Origin: Ureaplasma parvum serovar 3 str. ATCC 27815
GTDB taxonomy: Bacteria > Bacillota_I > Bacilli_A > Mycoplasmatales > Mycoplasmoidaceae
Length of the DNA stretch: 32,000 nt
Direction: 5' to 3'
Assembly: GCF_000019345.1 (NCBI RefSeq)
Contig: NC_010503.1
Coordinates: 240,001-272,000, forward strand
Shown here: in pieces, positions 1 through 11,479 of the stretch
How the letters are laid out: every line of letters begins with the position of its first letter
Position numbering within the stretch: the first letter of the stretch is position 1
Made by a program: the position numbers and the translations under genes
Notes under the pieces: model-generated
What the model saw: the letters and a program-made list of their open reading frames with translations, nothing else
What the model was told of the DNA's origin: nothing
Database searches by the model: none

Positions 1-1
1 T

Positions 2-1411
2 GAGCATGGTCAAAAAATCCAACAAAAAGCTTTTGAAGAAAACATTTCTCCCAAAGCTTTGGTCGATCGTAATTCAATTATTTTTTTAAATTTATGAAAA
101 CGATTAAATATTAGTTTTTCAAAATTTATTCGTACAACGCAAATGGATCATGAAGAGTCTGTACAAAAAGTTTTTAGTTATTTATATAAACAAGGAAAAA
201 TTTATTTAGGCCAATGGACAGGTTATTATTGTGTATCATGCGAAGAAAATTATAATCCTGCTGAAATTATTAAAAGTCAAGATAATATAATGTTATGTCG
301 CATGGGTCATAAATTAGAAACTAAGTCTGAAGAATCATATTTTTATAAAATGAGTGATCAAGCACCATTTTTAAAAACTTACTATCAAAATCATCCGAAT
401 TTCATTATTCCAAATGAACGTGCAAATGAAATGGTTAATAACTTCTTAAATAATTTAGAAGATTTAAGTATTTCACGTACTACTTTTGATTGAGGGATTC
501 CTATTGCTGAAAATCCAAAACATGTAATTTATGTTTGATTAGATGCATTAATGAATTATTTAACTGCAACTGGTTATTTATCAAATAATGAGGAATTATT
601 TCAAAAATATTGATGTGATAATGAAACTGAAATTGTTCATTTATTATCAAAGGAAATTGCGCGTTTTCACTGCATTTATTGACCAATCTTTTTAAATGAT
701 TTACAAATTCGTTTTCCATCAACAATTTTATCACATGGATGAATCATTACAAAAGAAGGCAAAATGTCTAAATCATTAGGCAATGTAATTGATCCTAATG
801 TTTTAATTGATACTTATGGTGTGGATGCACTTCGTTATTATTTAATGGCTGATTTAAGTTTATTTAGAGATGCTATTTTTAGTGAAGATAATTTGATTGA
901 AACTTATAATACTCAATTAGCAAATAGTTATGGTAACATGATTTCAAGAACATTGGGAATGTTAAAAAAATATCGAAATAATATAGTTCCAAAATATGTT
1001 GGTTGTGTTTTAAAAAATGATGAAAAATTAGAAAATTTAATTAATAAAAATATTGAATTAGTTCAAGAAAACATTAATAAATATAGTATTGATAAAGCAC
1101 TTAATTGCATTCAAGAAATTTTAGTTGAAGCAAATAAATATATTGAAGATAATAAACCTTGAGAATTAGCTAAAAATCAACAAGAGCAAGAATTAGATTC
1201 ACTTTTAGTTCATTTAGTAAAAGTTATTCAAGTAACTACTACTTTATTATCACCAATTTTAATTGAAGGAAGTAAAAAAGCAGTTGAACAATTAAATTTT
1301 GATGAATCTTTTTTAACTTTAGCTAGTTTAGCATCTTATGATATATTCAACTACCATAAAGTTAATGATTCAAAACCAATTTTTGCAAGAATCATTGTAG
1401 AAAAACAATAA
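2..1411 (+). CDS. metG: Methionyl-tRNA synthetase (5' end outside window)
   Basis: Reading TGA as Trp joins ORFs 143-493 and 764-1162 and their flanks into one frame ending at TAA 1409-1411. It carries the class-I KMSKS loop (GKMSKSLGN, nt 758-784) and FDWGIP and YWPIF-type MetRS motifs. The frame is open from the window edge. Confidence 0.95.
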
Positions 1412-1498
1412 AATCTTTAATTCTTTGTAATTATTAAAATAATTAAGCTTTTTTTATATAATTTATAAGACTAACATTTAATAGTAGTTGAGGAATTA

Positions 1499-2671
1499 AT
1501 GAGGTTAAGATATAAAATCTTATGCGCTAGCTTAGGAGTGGTTGGTGTTGTTGGTGTTATTGCTGCAATATCAATTGATTATAAACAAATTCCAATTGTT
1601 TATGCAAATGGTAGTTCATCAGTATTACCCTTAATTCAGGCCTTATCTGAAAAACATCATAAACAAGATATTATTTCTAATGCTGGAGGTTCTTCGTTAG
1701 GAATAATTGAAGCTGTTGAACAAAGAACTAATATAGGCGTAAGTTCACGTAGTCCAAATATTGATTTTGAGCAACAAAGTGTTGAAAAAAGTCATGTAGT
1801 TTATGATAAGTGAAAACAAAATCAATTGAAAACTTATACAATTGCTTGAGATGGTATAGGCATTATTTATAAACTCAATAAAACTAATCATGAATTAGTT
1901 TTAACAAAAGACAATATTATTAAATTGTTTAAAGCTTTTACTGGGAATGAACAAGTAAGTTATTATGATCTTGATCCCCAATTACCAAAAACACCAATTT
2001 TAGCTTATTCACGCACAGGTGGAGCAAATGCCTCAGGGACAGCCGAGGCTTTTTTGACTTCTAATCCATTAATTTCTAAAAAAGAATTTAAAAAAAAATA
2101 TCATGATATTTATAAGGTTATTGAAGCTGGTACTTATGGCAAATTAATAAGAAGTACTGAAGAATCGAATACTCAAGCTTGAACAAATATTTCTAAAGAT
2201 AATGTAGATGGATCAATAACTTATTTATCAACAGGTTTTATTCTTAAAAATTATGATCAAATTATTGCTAAAGGATATAAGATTGCTTATTTACAAAATA
2301 AAGATTTAAAAAATTATTTACCTTTTGAAATTAATGAAAACAAACAAGAAATTGTTAATGTTGCTAAAACTTATGGATGATATCGACCTTTTAATTTAGT
2401 TTTTAGTTTAAATATGCAAGGAATTAAAAATACTAAAGAATTCGTTTGATGATTATTAACCAATAAAAAAGTTGAAAAAATCATTCAAGAATCAGGGTTT
2501 ATTCCCCTTACTTTTGAACAAAAAAATTCAATGTTCTTAAAACCTTATAAAGATGAACAATCTTTTCAAGAAGCCATTAACAATCAAAGCGCAAAAAACA
2601 ATTTTTTTGTAAGTGATTTTGAATTAATAGAATCAAATAGAATTAATATATTAGGAGCAAAATCAGCATAA
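1499..2671 (+). CDS. pstS: Phosphate ABC transporter substrate-binding protein, membrane-anchored
   Basis: ORFs 1499-1813 and 1925-2182 share a frame and join through TGA-Trp codons to TAA 2669-2671. It has an N-terminal hydrophobic anchor and NGSSS..P and GGSSLG motifs typical of PstS-type binding proteins. A GAGGA RBS lies upstream, and it is the first gene of a pst cluster. Confidence 0.85.
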
Positions 2672-4866
2672 TGAGTATTTTAAATCTTAATTCGCAACAG
2701 ACTAAAAAAATCATTTTTAACAAAAAAATAAAAGATAAACTAGCTAAAACGTTAGTTATTAGTTTTGCTTGATTATTTTCTATTTGTTTTATTGGTTTAG
2801 TTGTTTTTATTATTATTCGTTCAATACCTGGCTTTGAAGCTTATGGATTAAAAAACATTTTTTGAAGCAAGAATTTTAACTTAGCTGATTATGCTGCTGG
2901 TTCATCAGTTTGATTTCCATTAGCAATTACTTTGCTTGTTTCGTTTGGTGCAATTATAATTGCTGCTCCAATTGGTATTAAAACAGCTACTTTTATTAAG
3001 TTTAGAATTAAAAACAAAAGATTACAAAAATTTTTTAGAGTCACGATTTTAGCATTAGCTGGAATTCCTTCAGTTATTTTTGGATTATTTGCTATTCAGT
3101 CTTTAGGTCCTGCAATTTCGTTTGTTTTCCACATTGATACTGTTCAAAACATTACTACGTCAATGTTTATGTTAGCGTTTATTATTATTCCGACAATTAT
3201 TTCTTTAACGCTAAGCACATATGATGGTATTGATATGCGTTTAATTGAAAATGGGATAGGAATGGGAAGTTCTTATACACGTTCAATTTATAAGATTTTT
3301 AAAAAAGAAGCTCGTGGTGGTATCATTATTGCCATTATTATTGCCTTAGGTCGTGCGATCGGCGAAACAATGGCCATTAGTATGATTTTAAGTGATCAAG
3401 GTTACCAAAACATTTTTGGTACTGGTTTTTTACAAATTATGCACTCTGCTCTTCGTCCATTAGGTGCTGTAATTTCAGCTAACATGTTCGCTGAAAATGG
3501 TGGCGAAGGTTTAAGAGGATTACTATATATTTATGGGATCGTTTTATTTGTAGCGATTATGATTTTAAATGGCCTTGTAACTTATTTAACAAGAAAACGT
3601 TCAAAGAAAACATATGCTTGATTTATTAAATTAGAAAAAAGTTTAGCTTATATAGTTTGTTTTATACCAGATCAATTAAAAATTTTATATGAGAAAATTA
3701 CGCATCGTTCCCAATATAAATTACATGTAAACAATTTGGATAACTTAAATAACTATATTACAGATCGTATTCAAAATCGAAAACTAAAACGTTTATATAC
3801 TGTTCACAAATTATTTTTTGAATCATTAGCGTTTATGGTTGCTTTTGCTTTTTTAGCTTGAATTTCACTAGATATTTTAGTTAATGGAATTAAAGCAATT
3901 AATTTACCAACATCAACAGTAGTAGCTTATACAAAAAACACAACTGGACAAGCAACAATTAATACTTTAATAATTATTATTGTTGCAATTTTAATTGGTT
4001 TACCATTTTCATTGTTTGTCGCAATTTATATTAATGAATATGCTAAAAATAAATGACCAAAAAAAGTTTTATTATTTTTTATTGATTCATTTGGATCAAC
4101 GCCTTCGATTATTTTTGGGATGTTTGGTTTAGTTATTTTTATTGAAATTTTTGGTTTTACTTCAATGGGTAATATTGGTAAATCACTATTAGCGGGTGCT
4201 TTAACAATTACTTTAGTAGTCCTTCCAACATTTACACGTTCAATTCAACAATCTTTAAAAGCAGTACCAATGAGCATTCGTGAAAATGCTTATGGATTGG
4301 GATGTTCAAAGTGAGAAACAATTGTTAAATTAGTTTTACCACAAGCAAAAAAAGGAATTATTTCTGCGATTGTATTAACAATTGGTCGAATTGTAGCTGA
4401 AACTGCACCATTGTATTTAACAGCAGGTTTATCATCAGCTCAAAGCATAACAATTTTAAATCCTGGACAAACATTAACAACACGTATTTATGCTCAATTA
4501 TATGAAAATAATACAAATATTGCTCATAATGTAATGTACGAATCTGCTTTTATTACTTTATGATTAGTTATTGCATTAATCATCATTGCTCACGTTATTG
4601 TTCCTTATTTTGAATTTATTAAACATGATATTAAAAAATGGTTTAAAATTTTAAAAAATTATCTTCGCGCACCTTACATGCGTGATATTAAAGTTTTCAA
4701 ACCACAAATTTATCAAAAACATCTTTATTTAACACATAATCAAGCCAAAATCATGGGATATAATGAATCAGTAAATAAAGTTGCTAAAATTGGTTTAAAG
4801 TTATATGAAATTCGTTATGTTGATGATGAACAAATTCAAAAAGAGTTATTAAAAGTTAGGGGATAA
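2671..4866 (+). CDS. pstA: Phosphate ABC transporter permease, fused PstC-PstA (731 aa)
   Basis: ATG 2671 overlaps the pstS stop by 1 nt. ORFs 2932-3621, 4120-4314 and 4678-4866 are all in one frame joined by TGA-Trp. There are two blocks of multi-spanning hydrophobic segments, each with an ABC-permease loop ([12 protein letters not shown] and [12 protein letters not shown]). Confidence 0.9.
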
Positions 4867-4870
4867 AAAT

Positions 4871-5860
4871 ATGAATGATCAAAAAGACAATAAAGAAATT
4901 CAAACAATTGTTCCTTTAAATCAAAAAACTAATTTAAATGAATTGGATGCTAAAGCAATTTATGATGAATTTCAAAAATTAAATAAATACCAAAGAGCTT
5001 TTGCTTGACTAAAACTTCCAAAACAAAAAAAAGCTGAATTAAAGCAATTTTTAAATAAGAAAAAAACGCAAGTTGATTTGCTAAAAGAAGATTTTAATCA
5101 CGCAAATGTTTTTGAAATTCGAAACTTTAATTTTTGATATATGAATCGAACAAAACATGTTCTACATGATTTAAATTTGGATATTAAAAGAAATAAAGTA
5201 ACAGCATTTATTGGCCCAAGTGGTTGTGGTAAATCAACTTTTTTAAGAAATTTAAATCAATTAAACGATTTAATAGAAGGGACTAGTCACGAAGGTGAAA
5301 TTTATTTTTTAGGAACTAATACACGTTCAAAAAAAATATCATCATTAGAATTAAGAACACGAATCGGGATGGTTTTTCAAAAACCAACACCATTTGAAAT
5401 GAGTATTTTTGATAATGTTGCATATGGTCCACGAAATAATGGAATTAATGATCGTAAAATTTTAGAAAAAATTGTTGAAAAATCATTAAAAAGTGCAGCT
5501 TTATGAGATGAAGTTAAAGATGATTTAGATAAAGCTGGGAACGCTTTATCAGGTGGTCAGCAACAACGTTTATGTATTGCGCGAGCAATTGCTTTAGAGC
5601 CAGAAGTGTTGTTAATGGATGAACCAACAAGTGCTTTAGATCCAATTGCAACAGCTAAAATTGAAGAATTAATATTAGAATTAAAAAAGAAATATTCTAT
5701 TATTATTGTGACTCACTCAATGGCACAAGCCCAGCGAATAAGTGATGAAACTGTGTTTTTTTATCAAGGGTGAATTGAAGAAGCGGGAGAAACAAAAACT
5801 ATTTTTATCCATCCTAAAAATAAAAGAACAAAAGATTATATTTCTGGAAAGATTGGTTAA
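4871..5860 (+). CDS. pstB: Phosphate ABC transporter ATP-binding protein with about 85-aa N-terminal extension
   Basis: AGGGGA RBS then ATG 4871. It has Walker A (GPSGCGKST), the ABC signature (LSGGQQQR) and Walker B ([11 protein letters not shown]). ORF 5141-5506 extends both ways through TGA-Trp to TAA 5858-5860. Confidence 0.95.
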
Positions 5861-5883
5861 TAAAAAGAACTGGTGATATATTT

Positions 5884-6540
5884 ATGGCTACTAATTATTT
5901 TTTAATGAAAGAATCACAATGTGATTTACTAAATGATTTTAAAAACTTTTTTCAAATGGTAATTGATAATCAAAAACTAATTTGTGATTTATTAAAAAAC
6001 GATCAATCATCATATAAAGAAACATATGAAAAAGCTTGTTTTTTAGAAAAAAAAGTTAATACAACATATGCTGATATGTTAGAAGAAATTATGTGAATTA
6101 TTCAACGTGACCAACCACGTGCTAGTTATTTACGTTTTTTTATTGCAGGAATCAATTCTATTAAAGATTTAGAAAGAATTTCTGATCACTCTGAAATTAT
6201 TTGTGAATACTTTTTAGAAACTGAATTTGATGAAGAACAAAAAAATTTTTTTTTAACTAGCTTTGAGATTTCTAATCAAATTCTTTCTGATTTATATGAT
6301 TTTTTTGATAAAAATGAATTTAGTGTCAATACAATTGAACATATTAAAGATTTACGTTCTAAATCAATTATGAAAATCAATAAAAATTTAATTCAGTCCT
6401 TACATGATCAATCAAAACTATTAGATGAAAACTCAAATTATATTAAATTAATTTTAATGTATCGTCATATTGAACGAAATATTGAACATGGCATAAATAT
6501 TGTGCAGAACTTTGGTAATGTGCACATTACCAGTCGTTAA
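5884..6540 (+). CDS. phoU: Phosphate transport system regulator PhoU
   Basis: ORF 5884-6096 continues through TGA-Trp to TAA 6538-6540. It is a two-repeat helical protein with ERISDH and IERNIEH motifs and lies directly downstream of pstB. Confidence 0.9.
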
Positions 6541-6552
6541 TAAATCATTAGC

Positions 6553-6580
6553 AAAAACTAGGCATTTACCTAGTTTTTTT
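6553..6580 (+). terminator. Rho-independent terminator after phoU
   Basis: The sequence reads A5-CTAGG-CATTTA-CCTAG-T7, a perfect 5-bp GC-containing stem extended by A/T pairing and followed by a T-run. Confidence 0.75.
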
Positions 6581-6699
6581 ATTTATATAAAAAATAAGTC
6601 TTCCAAAAATTTTACATAAAAAGTGAAAAAAATGGAACAAATTTATATTTTTGTGTTTTAATATTAGTGTACCAATTATTTTACTTGGAGGTCTTATTT

Positions 6700-6924
6700 A
6701 TGACTTATATGCTATTAACATCTAGTGACTTACATTGCGGGTCATGTTCTTCAAATTTATATAATGTACTTGAAAAGATTGGCGCACAAAATATTAGTGT
6801 AAATATTTTAAATTCAGAATTTGCTTTTGAATTTGAAGAAAATAAAATTGCTGATCAAGATGTAATTAAAGAAATCAATAAAAATGGTTTCAAAACAAAT
6901 ATTTTAGAAAAATACATATACTAA
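6700..6924 (+). CDS. copZ: Small heavy-metal-associated (HMA) domain protein, CopZ-like copper chaperone (74 aa)
   Basis: A GGAGG RBS at 6687-6691 lies 8 nt before ATG 6700. The CxxC metal-binding motif sits near the N-terminus (LHCGSCSSN). The size fits a ferredoxin-like fold, and the gene is immediately upstream of a P1B ATPase. Confidence 0.8.
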   Translation: MTYMLLTSSDLHCGSCSSNLYNVLEKIGAQNISVNILNSEFAFEFEENKIADQDVIKEINKNGFKTNILEKYIY

Positions 6925-6927
6925 AAA

Positions 6928-9057
6928 ATGTTAAAGAATAATTTAATTAAAAAATTTCAATTACTACCTATTAATAAAAGAAGATATTTAATTTCTTTAA
7001 TGAAAACATCAATAGCACTTCTAATTAGTATTCCTTTAATGGTTTTTGAAATGCTATTTATGTTTAAAAGTAATTTAATTTTAAGCATTGATGGTTATTT
7101 TATATATGGATGAATTGTTTTTGTTTTAAGTATTTTCATTGTCTTTGGTTTAGGTTTTAGTTTTTTTAAGGGTGCTTTTTTTGAAGTTTTTAAATGAAAA
7201 AAACCTGGAATGTCTTTACTTGTTGTTATTTCAACATGTGTTGCTTTCATATATAGTACTTATAGTTTAATTTCTAACACAATTATTTATGAACCTAAAC
7301 TACATGGTTTTTTTGAAACAGCTTGCATGATTATAGCGACAATGAGTGTTGGTCAATTAGTTAGTGATCGTATTAAACTAAAAGCAAATCAAGATCTACA
7401 ATCTTTAAATAATTTACAAGTCAAAAAATATAATAGTTATGATTTGAACACAAAACAAGTTAGTGAAAAAGTTGTTTTTCAAGCTAAAATTAACGAATAC
7501 GCACTAGTTAAAAAAGGTGAAATTGTTCCATTAGATGGCGTATTATATTCACAAATTGCTGAAGTTGATGAATCATCATTAACTGGTGAAGCTCGTCCAA
7601 TTCTAAAAACAATTAATAATGATATTATTGCTGGATCAATTAATGTTGGAGATAATTTTATTTTTAAAATTACTAAACTTTATAATGATTCAACGATTAA
7701 AAAAATTATTAATGGTGTTAATCAAATTGCTAGTAGCAAGCCAAAAATTCAAGTTGTTGCTGATAAGATTTCGTTATGATTCACTCCATTTATCTTATTA
7801 ATGGCCATTCTAGCTTTTTTACTACAAGCTTTTGTACCAAGTATTCAAGAGTTACCAATTGCTTTTTTAAATCTTCATGGATCAAATAATGATTCTAATT
7901 TATATGAAAAAGCAGCATATGTAGCAGTTTCTGTTCTAGTTATATCATGTCCATGTGCATTTGGTATTGCTGTGCCTTTAGCAGTTTTAATTGGTGCAGG
8001 GCATGGTGCTAAAAGTGGGATTACATTTAACAATAGTAATATTTTTGAAAAGATTAAAAAAGTTAATGCAATTGCTTTTGATAAAACAGGGACATTAACT
8101 TATGGAAAATTACAATTAAAACAAGTTATAGGAAATGATCAATTTTTAGATTTAATTTATCAAATGGAATTAATTTCTTTACATCCACTAGCAAAATCAT
8201 TCGTAACTTATGCCATTATTAATAATATCGTCATGAGTACAAAATTAATTGATATTAAAGAAGTTGCAGGAGTGGGGATTATTGCTAAAGATGTTGATGG
8301 TAATATTTATGAATTAACATCAGAACATTATGCAAATGAAAATCAATTTGATTTTTCATTGATTAATCAAAAATCTTCTACTTCTACTAATTTATTAGCT
8401 TCAAATATTATTTTTAGTATTAACAAAAAGGTGCAATCAATTCTTGTTTTTGAAGATGAAATTCGTGCTGATGCTTATGAAACAATTAAGGTATTGCATG
8501 AAAATAATATTGAAACTTATATGATTACTGGTGATAGTTTTAATGTTGCTCAAAAAATCGCAAAGGAATTAGGAATTAAACATTTTTATGCTCAAGTTAA
8601 ACCAGAAGAAAAAGCTAACATTATTAAAAAAATTCAAAATGATCAAAAAACTGTAATGTATGTTGGCGATGGTATTAATGATTTATTAGCTTTAAAACAA
8701 GCTAATGTTTCTATATCAATTGGTGAAACTAATAAAGCAACTAATGCAGTTGCTGATATTAGTTTAATCAAACCAGATATTTTAAATATTTACAAAGTAA
8801 TTAAACTAACAAAAATTACTAAGATGTTTATTGTAAGTAGTTTACTATGAGCGTTTGGTTATAATCTAATTTTTATTCCACTAGCATTAATTGGTATTAT
8901 TCCACCATTTATTTCTGTTTTAATTATGACAACTAGTGATATTGCTGTTGTATTAAACTCATTAATTTTTAGATTATTAAAAATGCGTCTAGTTAATAAA
9001 AAGCAAATTCATAAACTTAATTTAAAAATTATCAATGAGGCTATGTTACATAAATAA
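6928..9057 (+). CDS. copA: Copper-translocating P1B-type ATPase lacking an N-terminal metal-binding domain (709 aa)
   Basis: ORFs 6928-7113, 7210-7779 and 7801-8850 plus the tail lie in one frame via TGA-Trp. Motifs present: TGE (SLTGEARP), CPC (SCPCAFG), DKTGT (AFDKTGTLT), HP (SLHPLA), GDGINDL, and YN..P plus MxxS in the last TMs. Confidence 0.93.
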
Positions 9058-9090
9058 TTTTATTTATTTTTTAATTTACTAATTAAATAA

Positions 9091-9127
9091 AAAAACACTT
9101 GTTGTATATTAAACAAGTGTTTTTGTT
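9091..9127 (+). terminator. Rho-independent terminator after copA
   Basis: AAAAACACTTGTT (9091-9103) pairs with AACAAGTGTTTTT (9112-9124) around an 8-nt loop, followed by Ts. Confidence 0.8.
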
Positions 9128-9361
9128 TTAATTAATTAATAAACTCATGCGAAGATGAAATAATAATGAATTTGGAGAACATTCCTTATAATAAGCGACA
9201 AATTATAAAGATAATAGGCATTTAGTTTAATAATTAATTTGCACTTCTTTTAAGAAAAGGACGAAATCTAAAAGAAACACACATTAAAATTATAAAATCT
9301 ATTAATAAAAAAACAGCTTTTCATATATCTTTTAGGTTAATGATATTTATTTCCTATAATT

Positions 9362-9399
9362 AAAAAAACATTAGTTAATTAAATTTAACTAATGTTTTT
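9362..9399 (-). terminator. Rho-independent terminator after rpsO
   Basis: AACATTAGTTAA (9367-9378) pairs with TTAACTAATGTT (9385-9396). It is flanked by A7 and T-runs, so it could act on either strand, and it abuts the rpsO stop codon. Confidence 0.75.
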
Positions 9400-9669
9400 T
9401 TATCCTCTTAAGTTTAATTCTTTAATTAAAGCACGATAACGTTCAATATCAACACGTTGTAAGTATGATAATAATTTTTTACGTTGAGCTACTTTTTTGT
9501 ATAAACCACGCTTTGAAGCTTTATCTTTTTTATTTTCAATCATATGTGTTGTTAATGAATCAATTTCAGCACTTAAGATTGCTACTTGAACTTCTGTTTT
9601 TCCTGTATTTGATGCAGAACCACCAAATTTAACTGTTAAATCATGTTTTTGTTGTTTGCTTACTGCCAT
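9400..9669 (-). CDS. rpsO: 30S ribosomal protein S15
   Basis: The 89-aa ORF contains no TGA. It has typical S15 sequence (GKTEVQVA.LS..I..LT.H....KKD..S.RGL...V..R..LL.YL). Confidence 0.97.
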   Translation of the reverse strand: MAVSKQQKHDLTVKFGGSASNTGKTEVQVAILSAEIDSLTTHMIENKKDKASKRGLYKKVAQRKKLLSYLQRVDIERYRALIKELNLRG

Positions 9670-9779
9670 GATAATCTCCTTGAATTGTATATTTTTTTAA
9701 TCTATTCCTAACTTAGTTTAATTTCGAAGATTTTAAATCAAACTATGCAAGAAATCAATATCTAATAATTTTAACATAA

Positions 9780-10490
9780 TTATGCTTTTTTTGTATAATC
9801 ATCAAGTTTTAAAATTGCATTTTTAGCTGCTAAAATTTCTGCTTCTTTTCGCGTTGATGCTATTCCAATTCCATAAATTAAATCATTTCAAACTAAATGG
9901 ACTTCTTTTTTATCGCCTTCATTACGTACTAATTTATACATAATAGGTTTTTTATTAATACGTTGGGCTTGTTCTTGAAAAATCGTTTTATAATCTTTTT
10001 GATAATTAATTTGGCCTTCTCTAAAATATTTAATTAAAGTTTTTTCAAGAATTAATGAAACTTTTTTAATACCTTGATCTTGAGCTACAGCACCTATAAA
10101 TGCTTCAAAAATATCTTCATAGATTTTTTCCATACGAGCTGATTGGTCTTGTTCTAAACCAACACCAATCATTAAAAAATCAGTTAACCCTAAATCTTTA
10201 GCAGCATATGATAAAATCTCGCTTCGTACCATATTAGAACGCGCTCGAGTCATTTCACCTTCATCTAAAGAACGCATTTTTTCATTATCTTTAATTTTGT
10301 AGTTAAAAATAAAATTGCTAATTACCCATTCAACACAAGCATCACCTAAAAATTCTAAACGTTGATAGTTTTTAGTAAGTTTATGCTCGTTTGCATAAGA
10401 TTTATGTGTTAATGCTTCAAGATAAATAGATAAATTTTTTGGTTCAATTCTATTTTGTTTTAAAAAATCTAAAAATTTTTTATTGTCCAT
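9780..10490 (-). CDS. rnc: Ribonuclease III
   Basis: ORF 9888-10490 extends 3' through one TGA-Trp to TAA (complement of 9780-9782). It has the RNase III signature (ERLEFLGDA) and a C-terminal dsRBD-like tail (GIGIASTRKEAEILAAKNAI). Confidence 0.93.
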
Positions 10491-11475
10491 AATAATTATT
10501 TAAATCTTTTTTAATTTCATTTAAAACATCTGCTTTAATTGTTTCATACAAAATTTTTAAAGCACTCATAAATTGTTGGTAATCAGCACTACCATGGGTT
10601 TTAACTAAAATGCCATCTAATCCTAAAACAAAAGCTCCAGCATGTTCTTTATAATCAAATGCTTTTTTTATTTTTTTAAAAATTGGTTTTGACAATAAAG
10701 CAGCAAAAAGATTTTTTGGTTTTTTATATTCATTTTTTAAAAAATTAGAAATTGTTTTACCAACACCTTCCATTGTTTTTAAAGCAATGTTTCCACTAAA
10801 ACCATCAGCAACTAAAACATCAACTTCTCGTTCTAAAATTGTTTTTGGTTCTACAAAACCCACATAATTTAAGTTTGATGTTTTTAATAATTCATTAGCT
10901 TCTTGATGATATGGTAAACCTTTATGATCTTCAGTACCAATATTTAAAACGCCAACACGAGGATTTGGAGTACGCATTTTAGCAATTGTATTAGCCATGA
11001 TTGCAAAATTAAATAGATCTGTACCATCAACATCAATTGATGCACCCACATCTAATAAATTTGTAACACCACCATCAATTGTTGGAACAAAAGGCATAAA
11101 AGCAGGTTTCTTAATATGTTCTAATAATCCGATTGTAGCATAAGCATTATAAACAAAAACAGCAGAATTTCCAGCTGTTAACATTCCATCAGCTTGCTTA
11201 TCTTTTAAATATCTTAAAGCTAAATGCATTGATGAATTTTGTTTTTTACGAGCTGATAAGATAGTATCATTTTGTTCAATGCTTACTTCAGTATGTACAA
11301 TAGGGAATAAACGTCAATCATTATCTAATAATGGCTTAATTAATTGTTCATTTCCTACTAAGATAATTTCTAAATCATCTTCATGTTGATAATAAAAATC
11401 TTTAGCTGCTTTAATTACATGTTCTAAATCATTTTCATAACCCATTGTATCTAATAAAATTTTAATTTTTTCCAT
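10480..11475 (-). CDS. plsX: Phosphate acyltransferase PlsX
   Basis: ORF 10480-11229 extends 5' through TGA-Trp to ATG (complement of 11473-11475). I translated the extension codon by codon: MEKIKILLDTMGYEND... The product is PlsX-like throughout (GNSGA-type TAGNSA, KTHGSAD). It overlaps the rnc start by 11 nt. Confidence 0.9.
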
Positions 11476-11479
11476 AATA

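Noticed and set aside
501-734. Minus-strand 77-aa ORF inside metG
   Set aside because: It is an antisense shadow ORF within a well-supported code-4 CDS. The sequence is low-complexity and AT-driven, with no RBS or motif.
2090-2098. A9 homopolymer in pstS, and T9 in phoU at 6246-6254, as phase-variation tracts
   Set aside because: Runs of this length are common in AT-rich genomes and encode Lys/Phe stretches in housekeeping genes. There is no evidence of a switch role.
6667-6699. GTG 6667 as the start of the CopZ-like gene (ORF-track start)
   Set aside because: The GGAGG RBS at 6687-6691 is correctly spaced for ATG 6700, and the extra 11 residues would be a hydrophobic junk leader.
7619-7801. 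Plus-strand 60-aa ORF in an alternative frame of copA
   Set aside because: It overlaps the conserved actuator-domain region of CopA and looks like an out-of-frame artefact.
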